Shown in pieces: positions 36,204 to 48,046 of a stretch of 64,000 bases of DNA (within the stretch, counting starts at the first letter, position 1; each line of letters begins with the position of its first letter). This DNA comes from Podarcis liolepis (lineage: Eukaryota). The stretch lies in NCBI GenBank assembly GCA_965112155.1, contig OZ218112.1, one strand, 5' to 3'. Below the pieces are notes generated by a model. That model was not told the origin of the DNA. It saw nothing but the letters and a program-made list of their open reading frames with translations, and did not search any database. Position numbers and translations under genes: made by a program.

Positions 36204-39200
36204 ACTTTTTCAAAACTCCATGCCTCCTCCTCTCTCCTATTATGCAACACCCCTTTGCACACACACCCGGGAGGATATATGTTACATTATATATGTTGTT
36301 GTATCTTTGAAATGAACAGAATGTTAAGAGCTAGGCTGCCAGTTACCTTGTTCAGTTAAGAGAAGGTTGAGTTCAGCTGATGTGTGTCGTGCATATATGG
36401 GTGTTTGCTTTCAAATAAAATACCTGTGCTAAATTACTGCATTGGATTTGGTACTTCATGTTGAAGACAACCCTTGATTCCAAGAGTAAAACACACTATG
36501 TGAAGGATCTCTCCCACAATTTTAAACCCCCCTCTCAGCGTCCCTCCCTTAGGCCATAGCCACTGATGTTGTGCAACCTGCCTTGTCTTTTGTTACTTTC
36601 ACCGCACTCCACCCCAAATTTGTGAGGATACAGGACTATGATGAGCCCTGCAAATCCTCTGATGGGGATTATGTAACGACACAATTACTTTATATTCTTG
36701 ACTAAAATGAGACCACTCTTGCTTTACTCTGTATCAAATGCCTGCTTAGGGGGGAAGATCTTACATCACTTATGTGGGTCATTTAATAAAGCATTAGCAC
36801 ATCATCTTTGCCCTGTGGCTTATAAATCTACTCAGCATCCCTTCAGGTGTCACTGGAGACCTTGCTGCCTCGGAGGCGAAAGGAATTTCACCTCCACATC
36901 ATGGGTGGGAACTGACAGGCATCTCATCACAATGGGCACAGAATGATGCTTTTTGTTAACTTATTATAATTATATATAAGATGCCTTTCTAGCATTGAAG
37001 ACATAGTACAATAATAAATCAAAACAAAACAAAACCCTAACTCAACAACCAAAAGATAAACAGCAGCAATCAGAACCAACAAAATCAGCTGCCTGAATCA
37101 AATGCCAATGGTTGGTGGGCCCTGTAGGAAATGCTTGGGAACCATTATCCTGACAAATGTAGCTGACACTTTCCTAGTCACCTGTGTTATGTTGCAAGAA
37201 CGTAGCATTACACTAGGAGACAAGGGACAGAGGATCAGGTGGGTGGGCAGGGGAGGCAGCAATAGTTATCAGAAAAGCAGAGAAGTTAAGAAGACGAGAA
37301 AATAAGACCCCTGCGCTTTGCACAGAAAGTCCTTGCTGGTTCAGGAAGCAGGTCCATCTAGTCCAGTGGCCTGTGGCTAAGAACAGACAACCAGCTGTTT
37401 CTCAGAAGCTTACAAGCAGGGCTTGGTGGCAACAGCTCTCATCAACCGCTAGGACTGATAAATATATTACTAGTTATTAATTTATATTTTGCCTTCTATA
37501 TGTGACCTCCCACCCATTCCTTTTTTACCATGATGCCTGGTGAAGGAGTCTGGACAACTTGAAATCATGCAAATAATCAATGTGGCATTTAGGTGGGCCA
37601 AATAAAGAGGTTGCCTTTAATAACCTTTAATTATTATTATTTATTTATTTTTAATTGTGGGCTGACTTTGCCTTTCATTTATCACACATTTCTCAGGATT
37701 TAGTCATAGATCATTTATACGCCACATTTCCCACAGATGCATTTGTTCTCAAAGCAGCTTACAGGAAACTATTGGTCAAATAGTGCAGTAGACATAATGC
37801 ATTTTTTTTAAAAATAGTATCACTATAACACTAACAATTCAAAGTTAACAATTCTTACAAATGACATTAAAAGGAAACTGGGAGCATTAAAAAAAGATTT
37901 CCTGAAAGGTCTGTTGGCAATACTCCAAAGAGACCCTGAAACTGATGGAATGAATACCTAGCAACCCCCTTGCCACTTTTATACATAAACTCAGAAAGCT
38001 GGAACTACTGTGTGCAGCCTTCTTGCAAAGGCTCCTAGGTAAGAAAGTAAGCGGCTATGCCTTGAGGGCAAGCACAGTGCTTCTCCCCCATCTCCCCCTA
38101 CCCACCAGAAGATGTCCCTTCAGGCTCAGGAGACAAATGGCCCACTCTCTGGCTCCCAGAACCACTGTGTGGCTGGGATGTGTTTCTCGCTTTCCTGAAT
38201 GGCTCAGTTGCTCTACCCATACCAGCTGCTGGAAATTTCAGGAGAGGACAGCGCTCTTGTGCTAGAATCCTGAAACTGAACGTGGTTCAGCAGCTAGCAG
38301 GCAGTCAATGTCAGTATTTTAACATTGGTGTAATATGCATAAAGCTGGGTGTCCCACTAATCACCATAGCATATATGTGCCCTGTTTACATAGAAAGCAA
38401 GGGGGATACAGGCTCAGGTAGGAAGGTGGCTTATACTGTGTCGTACCAGCTCAGTTTTGCCTAAACTAACTGGCAGCAGCTCTCCAAGGTTTCAGACAGG
38501 GAACATTTCTAGTCTTACCTAGAGATGCCAGGGATTGGCCTGGGAATCTTCTATGTGCAAAGCAGATGCTCTACCACTGAGCTATAGGTTCTAAGGCATG
38601 GGAAAGGAAGGGTCCAGCTTCCCTCACCTGCACACCCCTTTTGATATACCCTTGTTTCCAAAGGATTTCTATAATAAATGGACTGGCTCAGCCACTCATT
38701 CACAGGGCCTTCACAATGTTCCCAGTCACTGTCTGTATAATTGCCCCCCCCCCCTTTCTCAGGGGTTCTGCAATATTAATGTCTCAAGTGGCAAGAAAAC
38801 AGAGATAATAATCCTGGTTTGGCCTTCCTTCTGTGGGGCGGGGAGTGGCGTTGGGACTGTGCATGTCTTTCTGTAATTGGGACTTCTCCCATTTATCTGT
38901 GTGAGAGAATGCAGAAACTAATGCAGGGCTTTGGTAAGATGAAAGGGGAAACTTAATTAAAACAAGTTTTGAAGTCCATCAAGATGATTTTTTTTATCTT
39001 GTTCAGATTAGCAGCCATCTGAAATTACACTCTGAATATAAATGGGGTGCCTAACACTGGACTAGATGTTTGGCTTTGCACACGAAGCCCTTACTTTAAA
39101 TGTCAAAACTCACACCAACTTCCTCTATTTTTGACGGTGTTAAAAAGTCTTAAATGATTGTGATGATTTTAATGCAATGCCTAAAAATTATGCATATCAG

Positions 39201-39726
39201 ATGAAAATAAACATCAATTTTAAGTGTCACGTTGATTCCTTGTAAAGTCAATTAGTTGCAGGACAAAACTTTCAACATGGGAAATAGGTACAGCCAGCAT
39301 GGTGCAGTACTGTAGTTCCATATACCTACCCCCATTGCTCCCTATCCTAATATATATACATCTCTTGGCATACATCTCCAAATAAACAATTAAGTCTGAA
39401 TTTCAGCCATTTAAAGGCAACGGCCACATGAAAGCCCTTAAATATGCTGGGGCACCTGCTCTCCACAGGCTGGACCCACCATTGTTGCCTCCTTGTAAGC
39501 TTGAGGGTTGTGGGGGGGGACGACAGTGGGAAGCAATGAGAATGAATAGGAGTGTGGGAGAATGGGGGGGAGGGGGCTTCCAAGGCAGGGGAGAAGATGG
39601 AGAAAGGAGAGACATGTCTGTAGCTACACCTGAACCATCCAGTCAAGGTATTCTTAGAAGGCTTTACCAGTAATAGTGTCTCTTTATCTCCCACCCCACC
39701 CCCCCGCAAGAAACCTGGAGACAGTA

Positions 39727-39956
39727 CAGTGGATGCTCAAGTTGTGAACGTGATCCGTGTGGGAAGCACATTCACAACCTGCAGCGTTCGCACCCTGCAG
39801 CGCCGCCTCTGCGCACGCGCGGGTTGCAATTTGGCACTTCTGAACATGCGCGACCGCCGAAACCCAGAAGTAACCCGTTCCAGTACTTTCGGGTTTCGGC
39901 ACATCCGTAACCCCAAAAAACACAACCTGAAACATCTGTAACTCGAGGTATGACTG
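39727..39956. mobile_element. Tigger/pogo-like MITE, second family, CpG-rich
   Basis: TA|CAGTGGATGCTCAAGTTG ... TAACTCGAGGTATGACTG|TA. Confidence 0.8.
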
Positions 39957-39991
39957 TAGTTTGTTAACGGTACTGAGAGTTGCTAGCAGAC

Positions 39992-40132
39992 CAGTGGCGT
40001 AGCGTGGGGGGTGCAGGGGGGGCCGGCCGCACCGGGCGCAACATCTGGGGGTTAGGGGGCGCAAATCCACGGGTTAGGGCACGCAAATTAGTTGCCTTGC
40101 CCCGGGTGCTGACAACCCACGCTACGCCACTG
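39992..40132. mobile_element. Young hAT MITE
   Basis: TIRs CAGTGGCGTAGCGTGGG / CCCACGCTACGCCACTG; perfect 8-bp TSD TAGCAGAC. Confidence 0.95.
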
Positions 40133-42462
40133 TAGCAGACCCCTGATAGTGCTACCATTCCTTGCACTTTTAACATGGGAAGCTGTTCAAGTGGTATAAA
40201 AGTGCTTTAAACATATGTAGTGCATGTGATGTGTGAAAGAGTGGCGGGGCATTGTGAGAGAGAGATAATGTGTATGTTTTGGACTGAGTGACAAAAGGTG
40301 TGTGTGTGTTCGTGCTGAAATAAAAGGTATGTGCAGGTGGTGGTATTTCTAGGAGGAAAAGAGAGTGTGTGTTGGGTTTGTGGTTTGGAGAGGAGGAGGA
40401 GGAGATTGGAGTGGGTGGAAGTTGGCTTGAAGGAGAAATGAGTAGACTGAAAATTAAACAGGAAATGACTTGGTTATGAATTCATGTGAAATAGATTTGG
40501 GGATGGTTTTCCTATTAACCTGAGGCAAACAAATACATTTTTGAAGATTTTATTCAGAAGTGTTTTAGAGGAATTACTTAGCATGTTTCTGTGACATGGG
40601 TACACTGATGGAGCAGATAGGTACCATGTGGTTTTATGTTTTGCAGTTCACACCCACCTTGCCTTGCACTTAGGCTATTAGGCAAACTACTTGTCTTTTA
40701 TTCTCACCAATTTGCCTGATGTTTTTGTGACTTGCCTCTCCTACCGCAGTGGCCATTTTGTGAACAGACACACATTCACAGCAATCATTTTGTGGCTGCA
40801 TCCACAAACACACACTCAGAATTCCAGATATGCTGCCAAATGTTGGGAAGCCCTGTGCCAGTGTGATTGAATATTGGGAATGAGAACAGACAATTGGCAC
40901 AACAAAACTGACGTCGATCTTTCCTAACAGTGAAATTACTTGTGAATACTTCCATTTGAGATGGTCATATTGCTGCACTGAAATTCCACAGTATTAAGGC
41001 TTTTGTGCCCTATGGCCCAAGTTCAGTTCTGTATCAGCGAGCAAACGAGTTTTGCTGCCAGCTGAACCCTTAAGTCCAAGCTGACACTAACACCTGCCTG
41101 CATGTTACATCAAGGCCCTTTCCAAGAATAAATTTTTATATGCTGCTGCTTCTTTTTTTAAACTGGGCTACTGCACAAACAATTCATTCTACTGAGTGGT
41201 AAGTTCCACACCATTGCTATTTCTTAAGACGTAGCTCTGGATCCATAAACCAGCATGTCAAACTGTTAACGGACAGCACTGACAGGAGGCACTTCCGAAA
41301 GACTCTCGTCGCAGCGCTTGCTCCAGCTTTCTGACGATGCTGGCATTTAGACCTAGTCCATTATCTGTGCCTTGCACCATGTACTATTAGTTTCATATTG
41401 AGCTTTCTTTAGGAAACAGAAGAACTGAATCAATTTCTTGGGAGGATAAACTTGCAGCTACAAGGAGGTGGTGTTGGGGGGGGAGCTACAATTATACTTT
41501 TCATCCATGAAAGGCAAATCAGATGGTACTGAAATCCCAGCAGAAAACACAGATTAATTAAAGTCTGCATTTTCTAAATCTGTTATTCAACTCAACACAG
41601 CTGTTTGGTGTGTGTGTTTCATAATTATTCCTTTGCTGTGATTCTCATTGTATGTTCTTACTACTGATGTGCTGTTAGAAAAGGACCTTGTACTAAAGGG
41701 TCTTGTTGGTTGCTGAGAGCATACATGCGAGAGGATGCACAAGAAGGCATGACAATTAACTTTGTTTTCCTGTGTCACCTCAAGCTACATGACAGCAAGG
41801 TTTACCATATTAGTGGGTGCTTGAATGCTGCAATTCCCTTTTGCAAACTCATGGCAGCAAGAATGTCTCATTAATGTATTTACCCTGATGCAGTTGTGTT
41901 AAACTAGCATTGTAATTTTGGAAATGGCTGTTATGCGAAGGTTTCCATATGTCTGCAATTTCCCAGACATAGCTGGAATACTGCAGTCAGAAACCAATGT
42001 TTAGATGTTGGCATTTCGTTTGCCAAAAAAAAGCTCAGCAACTTTTGTGTTGTTATGCAATTGTGTCAAAATGAACCTAACCAGGGGTCAGCAAACTGTC
42101 TAGGCTTGGTAACCAATAAGCATTTCTTCTAGACAGTGAGAATAGAGCATGCACAGAGTGCCTTCCCTTTCCTGCATCCTGCCCTGTCCCTCCTTGCACT
42201 CTCTAAGGCATGGACAGAAACTTGCAGGACAAAAAAAAGCATGTCTCTTTTTAGAGATTAAACATTGTCTCTTCCACCTTAGCAAGTATACTATTCTAAT
42301 TAAATTAGCAGTGTCAATGTGCACATCACCAAAGATGTTAAACTTACTGATGTTGTGTTGACCATCATGGTCATATCAACCACAGAAAAAAAATATACAC
42401 TAACACAATATTAAAGAACAGCACCAACCAAAATATAATTTTACATTATACTACTACTGGGA

Positions 42463-42810
42463 GGGACGTGGGTGGTGCTGTGGGTTAAACCACAGAGCCT
42501 AGGACTTGACGATCAGAAGGTCAGCGGTTCGAATCCCCGTGACAGAGTTAGCTCCCATTGCTCTGTCCCATATCCTGCCAACCTAGCAGTTTAAAAGCAT
42601 GCAGTGCAAGTAAATAAATAGGTACCACTCCAGTGGAAAGGTAAAGGGTGTTTCCGTGTGCTGCTCTGGTTCGCCAGAAGCGGCTTAGTCATGCTGGCCA
42701 CATGACCCGGAAGCTGTACACTGGCTCCCTCGGCCCGTAAAGCAAGATGAGCACCGCAACCCCAGAGTCGTCCATGAATGGACCTAATGGTCAGGGGTCC
42801 CTTTACCTTT
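42463..42810 (+). mobile_element. Full-length Sauria SINE
   Basis: GGGACGTGGGTGGTGCTGTGGGTTAAACC head, CCCTTTACCTTT tail, TSD-like TAT(A/G)CTACTACT. Confidence 0.95.
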
Positions 42811-42852
42811 TATGCTACTACTACTACTAATAATAATAATCCATGTTTTTTT

Positions 42853-43089
42853 CTGTGGTTTTTTTCTGGAGGGAAGCATGGGTACGCATACCCCTAAACA
42901 TTTTGTGAATCAAGAAACAGAATCTTTTTTTAAAAAAATAGTTTCTTCTCTAGAATGGTGAACCATCAGTTCTGTTGCTACCCCTGATGGTGGCCTCATT
43001 TCCTGTCACGGTGTTTCCTGAGTTTCAGACGGAAGCGAATGTTTAATGAGAGTACCCCTAAAACATTTTTTTAAGGAAAAAAAGCACTG
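42853..43089. mobile_element. hAT-like MITE (CAGTGCTTTT family)
   Basis: GTACGCATACCCCTAAACA ... GAGAGTACCCCTAAA..TTTTTAAGGAAAAAAAGCACTG. Confidence 0.65.
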
Positions 43090-43833
43090 GTGATGGTGAT
43101 GATAACAACAAAGGTTAAAAATGAGAAAATATCTAAATATGAAAGGTGAAAGGAACCAACACATTAAAATAACACACATTGCAATTCACAATATTAACCT
43201 TACTAAAATTTCTCCTCAGTTTTTGGGCAGCCGCTGCAAATCTCACGGCTGTGTCACCAAATTGTTAGAATCAAACAACAAATATGTGATTTCCCCTGGA
43301 TCACCACCACCATGAGATCATAATACTTGAAGTCAGAACAAACCAGTTAGAAAGCAGACAGCTACTCTCAAAAGCCCATTTCTAGTTTTTCCCTAAATCC
43401 CACCTAGCGACAGCTCCATTTGGGGCTCCTTCCACCTGGGAATGGGTGAGAAATTTCATTCATTTCACATTTCTAATTAACACTTTCCCAAACATTGTGC
43501 AAACACAGAGATTTGGCAAGATGAACTCCACACCTACCTAGAATGTTAAGCCTGTCCGGATTGTATCCTGGGACTATGATGATGCTTCTTGATTACCTAA
43601 ATTAGGAGAGAGGAAGAGAGAAAGATGTGTGTATTCAGAAATCTTTTGAGTTTTGTGTGGCTAAAATGCAGCCTACTGTCAAAGGTGAAAGACACACCTG
43701 TTGCTCCTCCTACTTTTCCTTCTAGCTCCATTCACTTTTGCCTTTGGCTCCGCCCACCACTGGCATGTGTCCCTCTGGAAAGTTCCCCTTAAGGAAGTGT
43801 GGTGCTCAGGATGAAAAAGGTTCCCCATCTTGC

Positions 43834-44235
43834 CAGTGGTTCCTATACTTTCTGGGGCCAGTGCCCCCTTGGTTCCATAAGCTCATCCCCAGTGCCTCCT
43901 ACCCTACCATATGAAAGCCATATTAATTTCCAACTGTGAAAAAGGTGGGTATGTATGTATGTATGTATGTATGTATAAATAAATAAATGCATTATTTAGA
44001 ATAGCAGTTTGCTTGACCAACTAAAACTCAGAACTGTAACAATTAATTGCACATATATTCAAAACCCAGTTAAAAAAATTAGGTTTAATTAATTCAACTA
44101 AACTGATGAACTTGATCCAGCGATGCCAGCTCTTCAAAGTCTGATAGTCATTTACACCTTCAGCGGCCCCCTGCTGCCTCCATGCCTCTTAGCAGCCTCC
44201 CCAGGTAATCTCACCTCCTGCCTTCGGAACCACTG
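43834..44235 (-). mobile_element. hAT-Charlie-like non-autonomous element
   Basis: CAGTGGTTCC ... GGAACCACTG; reverse-complement homolog of 47575-47944. Confidence 0.8.
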
Positions 44236-44338
44236 TTCTACATTATCAACCTTGCTCAAACAGGAATCTTTCAACTCATTGTTTAAAAGCAGCAGAATGC
44301 TGTTCATAGAAAAATATAATCATCACCAGGCATGCATT

Positions 44339-44376
<38 letters not shown>

Positions 44377-44605
44377 TGAACCAAAGCTCTGTCTTCTTTC
44401 CTTCCTCTTTAAAATAAAATAAAATATACATCCATGATCAAAGTAGAAGGCGGCCTGTTCTGTTACTGAAGGAGGTGAAATTGCCACAATGTGAACATTG
44501 CCTCAGATGCACCCAGTAATTCAATGCTATCACTCTCAATGTATTTCATAGCCCTGACACAGCTGTTCTCCCCCTATGGAATGGAAGACTATACTCTAGC
44601 ACACA

Positions 44606-44680
<75 letters not shown>
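44606..44680. repeat. (CTTT)n(CT)n microsatellite
   Basis: Direct reading. Confidence 0.95.
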
Positions 44681-44682
<2 letters not shown>

Positions 44683-45200
44683 AGAACAGGCAAGAAAGAA
44701 GAGCACTCGCCTCATCTCTTCTTGCCATCCCCTTTTCAATCCTCTTAGTGCAAAATATAATCAGCATTATCTAATAGCAATGTTAATATTAGCAATAAAA
44801 TTACTTCTCGGTGTAATATGTAACATCTGTAATTATCCACATACTGAGTAATTGCATAACCCATAAAGGATGCATCTCCCAAAAAGTCCCCAACTTCTTC
44901 CCATTGGGACAAAGTGCTGACTGGGATGGGGGTGGAGGTCTGCACCTTGAGCCAAAAGCTAACAGCTCGGTATTGTTATGAGTTGTGGGTGTGTGGGTTT
45001 GTAGGTGCCAGATCCTCTTAAATTCCTGGGCCCAATGTGAGTTTGTTTGTTTGTTTGTTTGTTTGTTTGTTTGTTTGTTTAATTTATATACCACCCTATA
45101 CCCAGAAGTCTCAGGGTGGTTCAGTGTCTGGAGTGTTAAAATTGGCTGCCAGACACTGGATTTTGCAAAGTGTTAAAATACAGGTGAAACCAGCTTCTTG

Positions 45201-45657
45201 TGTTCAGGAAATCACCTGGGGAAATCAGCCAAAGACAAAGCCACAGGGAAGGTAATGGGCCATTAGGAAAGCCAGAGAGAGGAGACTTTGCCAAGGGCCC
45301 CTCCTCCAGCTTTGAGTTTGTTAGCAATAGCTTAGAATTGCAGATGGCAGGATGAGCTTGAGGTGGGGAGGTGACAGTCTGTTAAGCACAGCAAGATGGA
45401 AGCGGAGAAAGAGAGCCATGGCTGGTGTCTGTTTGAATCCAGGGCTGCAGCTATGGGAGAAGCAGGAACCTCTTGAAGTGTAATGCTACAAAACCCTTCA
45501 TCTTAGGCTCAGGTTGTATATATAACCAGGTTGGAAATAAACCATAGAGACACAACAGTCTCAGCTATGCCTCATTTTCCAAAAGGAAACCCTGACTAAA
45601 GCATGCCTGGAATCCCCGGAATCTCACACCGCTCAGAGATTGGGGTGGCATGTAACA
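45201..45657 (+). mobile_element. Probable solo LTR
   Basis: TGTT...AACA ends, internal TATATATAA then AATAAA; no clear TSD. Confidence 0.5.
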
Positions 45658-46194
45658 ATATGTTGGACTGAAGTCTGCAGTCTCTACGGCAATGGCTAAT
45701 CCACACAGAGGCAAATGGCAAAAAGAGCACAGCACTCCATGGATGGCAGCAGGACCTAAAACCCAAACAACAGTGGTAGCCCAATCTGGGCAGCAAATGT
45801 GGACTGGGAGGATCAGGCAAGAACAACAGAGGGAGAGAGGACTATCATCCAGAGCAAGGGGAAGGAAAAGATCCAGGAGTTGCAGAATGGAGCCTTGGAT
45901 CCAAATTAAGATATGTCTAGGGGGCTAAACATAGAGAGGGCATACTACTCTACTGACCAGGAAATAAGATTCAACCTGAAGAAATCATGCAACAGGGACT
46001 ATGCTCATATAAATTGCTGGTTGGGTCATTTGACTGACAAGATGTTTGGTATCTTATATATTTGTAAATCGCTTACAAGTCCTGTGAAGATGTCATGGAG
46101 GGGATAGGTGGGTCCCAAAAAGGAGGGGGAAGATGTGGAGCTAGATGACCTAGCAGGGCGGTGCATGGAGGCTTGAACAGGGCTTCTGCTCTAG

Positions 46195-46565
46195 AGCAGC
46201 ATGAGTTTAGAGTGTTGGACTAGGGCCTGGGAGCAGTGGCGTAGCGTGGGTTGTCAGCACCCGGGGCAAGGCAAGTAATTTACGCCCTCTAACCCATGGA
46301 TTTGTGCCCCCTAACCCGTGGATTTGCGCCCCCTAACCCTAACCCCCAGATGTTGCGCCCGGTGCAGCCGCCCCCCTGCACCCCCCATGCTATGCCACTG
46401 CCTGGGAGACCAGGGTTCAAATCCTGACTGTACCATGAAGCTCACTGGGTGACCTTGGGCCAGTCACTGACTCTCAGCCTAACCTACCTCACTGGGATGA
46501 TGTGAGAATTAAAGGCAACCTACAGCTCCTTGGAAAAAAGGCTGGGATATAAGTTCAATAAACAA
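46195..46565 (+). mobile_element. CORE/MIR-like SINE interrupted by a hAT MITE
   Basis: AGAGTGTTGGACTAGGGCCTGGGAG|MITE|ACCAGGGTTCAAATCC..CCATGAAGCTCACTGGGTGACCTTGGGCCAGTCAC. Confidence 0.8.
46234..46400. mobile_element. Young hAT MITE, same family as 39992 in opposite orientation
   Basis: TIRs CAGTGGCGTAGCGTGGG / CCCATGCTATGCCACTG; perfect TSD CCTGGGAG. Confidence 0.95.
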
Positions 46566-47574
46566 CAAATAGAAAACAACATTCTGAAAGAGGCAGGCCA
46601 GAACAAAGGAACAGAACTGAAAAGAACTTGGGGGAGTTATGACTGTAAGGATAGAGTACTTTCCATGCAGAGAACCTTCCATAATATTCTATTAATGCAT
46701 GGTGAAGTTTTAATAAAATGAGTCATCAAGCACTACCATTCTGATATCTTTCCTCCAGCCAGAGCTAGTTTAATTAGCTCAAGATCATTATACAAAATGG
46801 GGAAGGTGGGTGGATTACTATTACAGCCATTCCCCACCCCGTTTACTGATAAATGACATAGGCTTGTCACCTAAGTTAATCTCTTACAAAAACTGAACTG
46901 GGCATGATTTTTTTATTTTTTCTCTCCTCTCCCCTTTAAAAAAACAAATTCATAGTTCTATTTCACCTACCAGGTTGCTAAATCAGAAAACTTACAATCC
47001 TCAACTTCATTATCATTACACGCTTCTGAAAGAACCTAAAATGCATTGTATAAGAATTACAAACCACTTCATGTATGGCCCGTGTACAGCTGTTTGCCAT
47101 GATTGGGGGGCCTGCATTTCCTCTCTCTCCCTCTTTCCGTGACATTCAGTGACACAAAACATGTGAAACCATCTCCACCTGCAGGTGCCAAAATGCATGA
47201 TGAGACATCCTCAGATCACAACCACTAACCTTGATGGGTGTCATGTACCCAGAGTCTGGCAGTGACCAGAGCACAGTGTTAGAGGCTATGGTGTCATCAG
47301 TTAATGAGCCAGGCTGGGTACTTTGATCTGAGCCTGGTGCTGCTGATCAAGGGACCACTGAACCCAAGGCTAGTAGGCAACAGTCTACCAAGCCTTATTC
47401 CACAGAGTATCAAGGTCTGTGTAGGACCGACGTCAGAGCCCTCACAAATGCCTTCCATTCATTGTGAGGAACTGAATACCTTCTACAGGACACCACCAAT
47501 CTAGGGGAACAGGTAGCATACCAGAGATGCAGAAGCCATGCCCATCTTCAGGCCACAGGGTCAACCCTTTAAGG

Positions 47575-47944
47575 CAGTGGCCCCCAAATTGGGTAATAAT
47601 GCCCCTTGAGAGCAGTGGGATTACCAAGGGGTACTAAAAGGAAAGGTGGGCAGGGGGCACTGGAGGTATAAATGTCTATCAGATTTAGAAAAACTGGTAT
47701 CATTGGATCAAGTTCACCAGTTTAGTTGAATTAATTAAACTAAATACTTTTAACTGGATTTTGGCAAAATGTGTAATTAATTGTTACTGCTTTGAATTCT
47801 ATTGTGTTATTGCCTTCCTTAGTCGGTTGTGCAACTCAGTGTTCTGAATAATGCTTTCTATAGGGTAGGCTGGAGGGCGTGGGGGCATGGGGATTGAGTT
47901 CATGGAACCAAAAGGGTTCTCTGAAAAAAATTTAGGAGCCACTG
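47575..47944 (+). mobile_element. hAT-Charlie-like non-autonomous element
   Basis: CAGTGGCCCCCAAA ... TTTAGGAGCCACTG; homologous to 43834-44235 and 60439-60925. Confidence 0.8.
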
Positions 47945-48025
47945 CTCCAAGTTCCCCATAAGGGGGCGCAGTCTCGGCGAAGAGATGGGAGAGACTCACA
48001 AGTGCTCAAGTCACTTCCAGCGCTA

Positions 48026-48046
48026 GTTGCTGTCCATGGTGCTGCA
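48026..48046 (-). promoter_or_regulatory. RE1/NRSE (REST binding site)
   Basis: Minus strand TGCAGCACCATGGACAGCAAC vs consensus TTCAGCACCAYGGACAGCGCC; both half-sites intact with canonical 2-bp spacer. Confidence 0.7.

Noticed and set aside
41250-41285. GGACAGCAC RE1 half-site
   Set aside because: No CAGCACC left half at canonical spacing.
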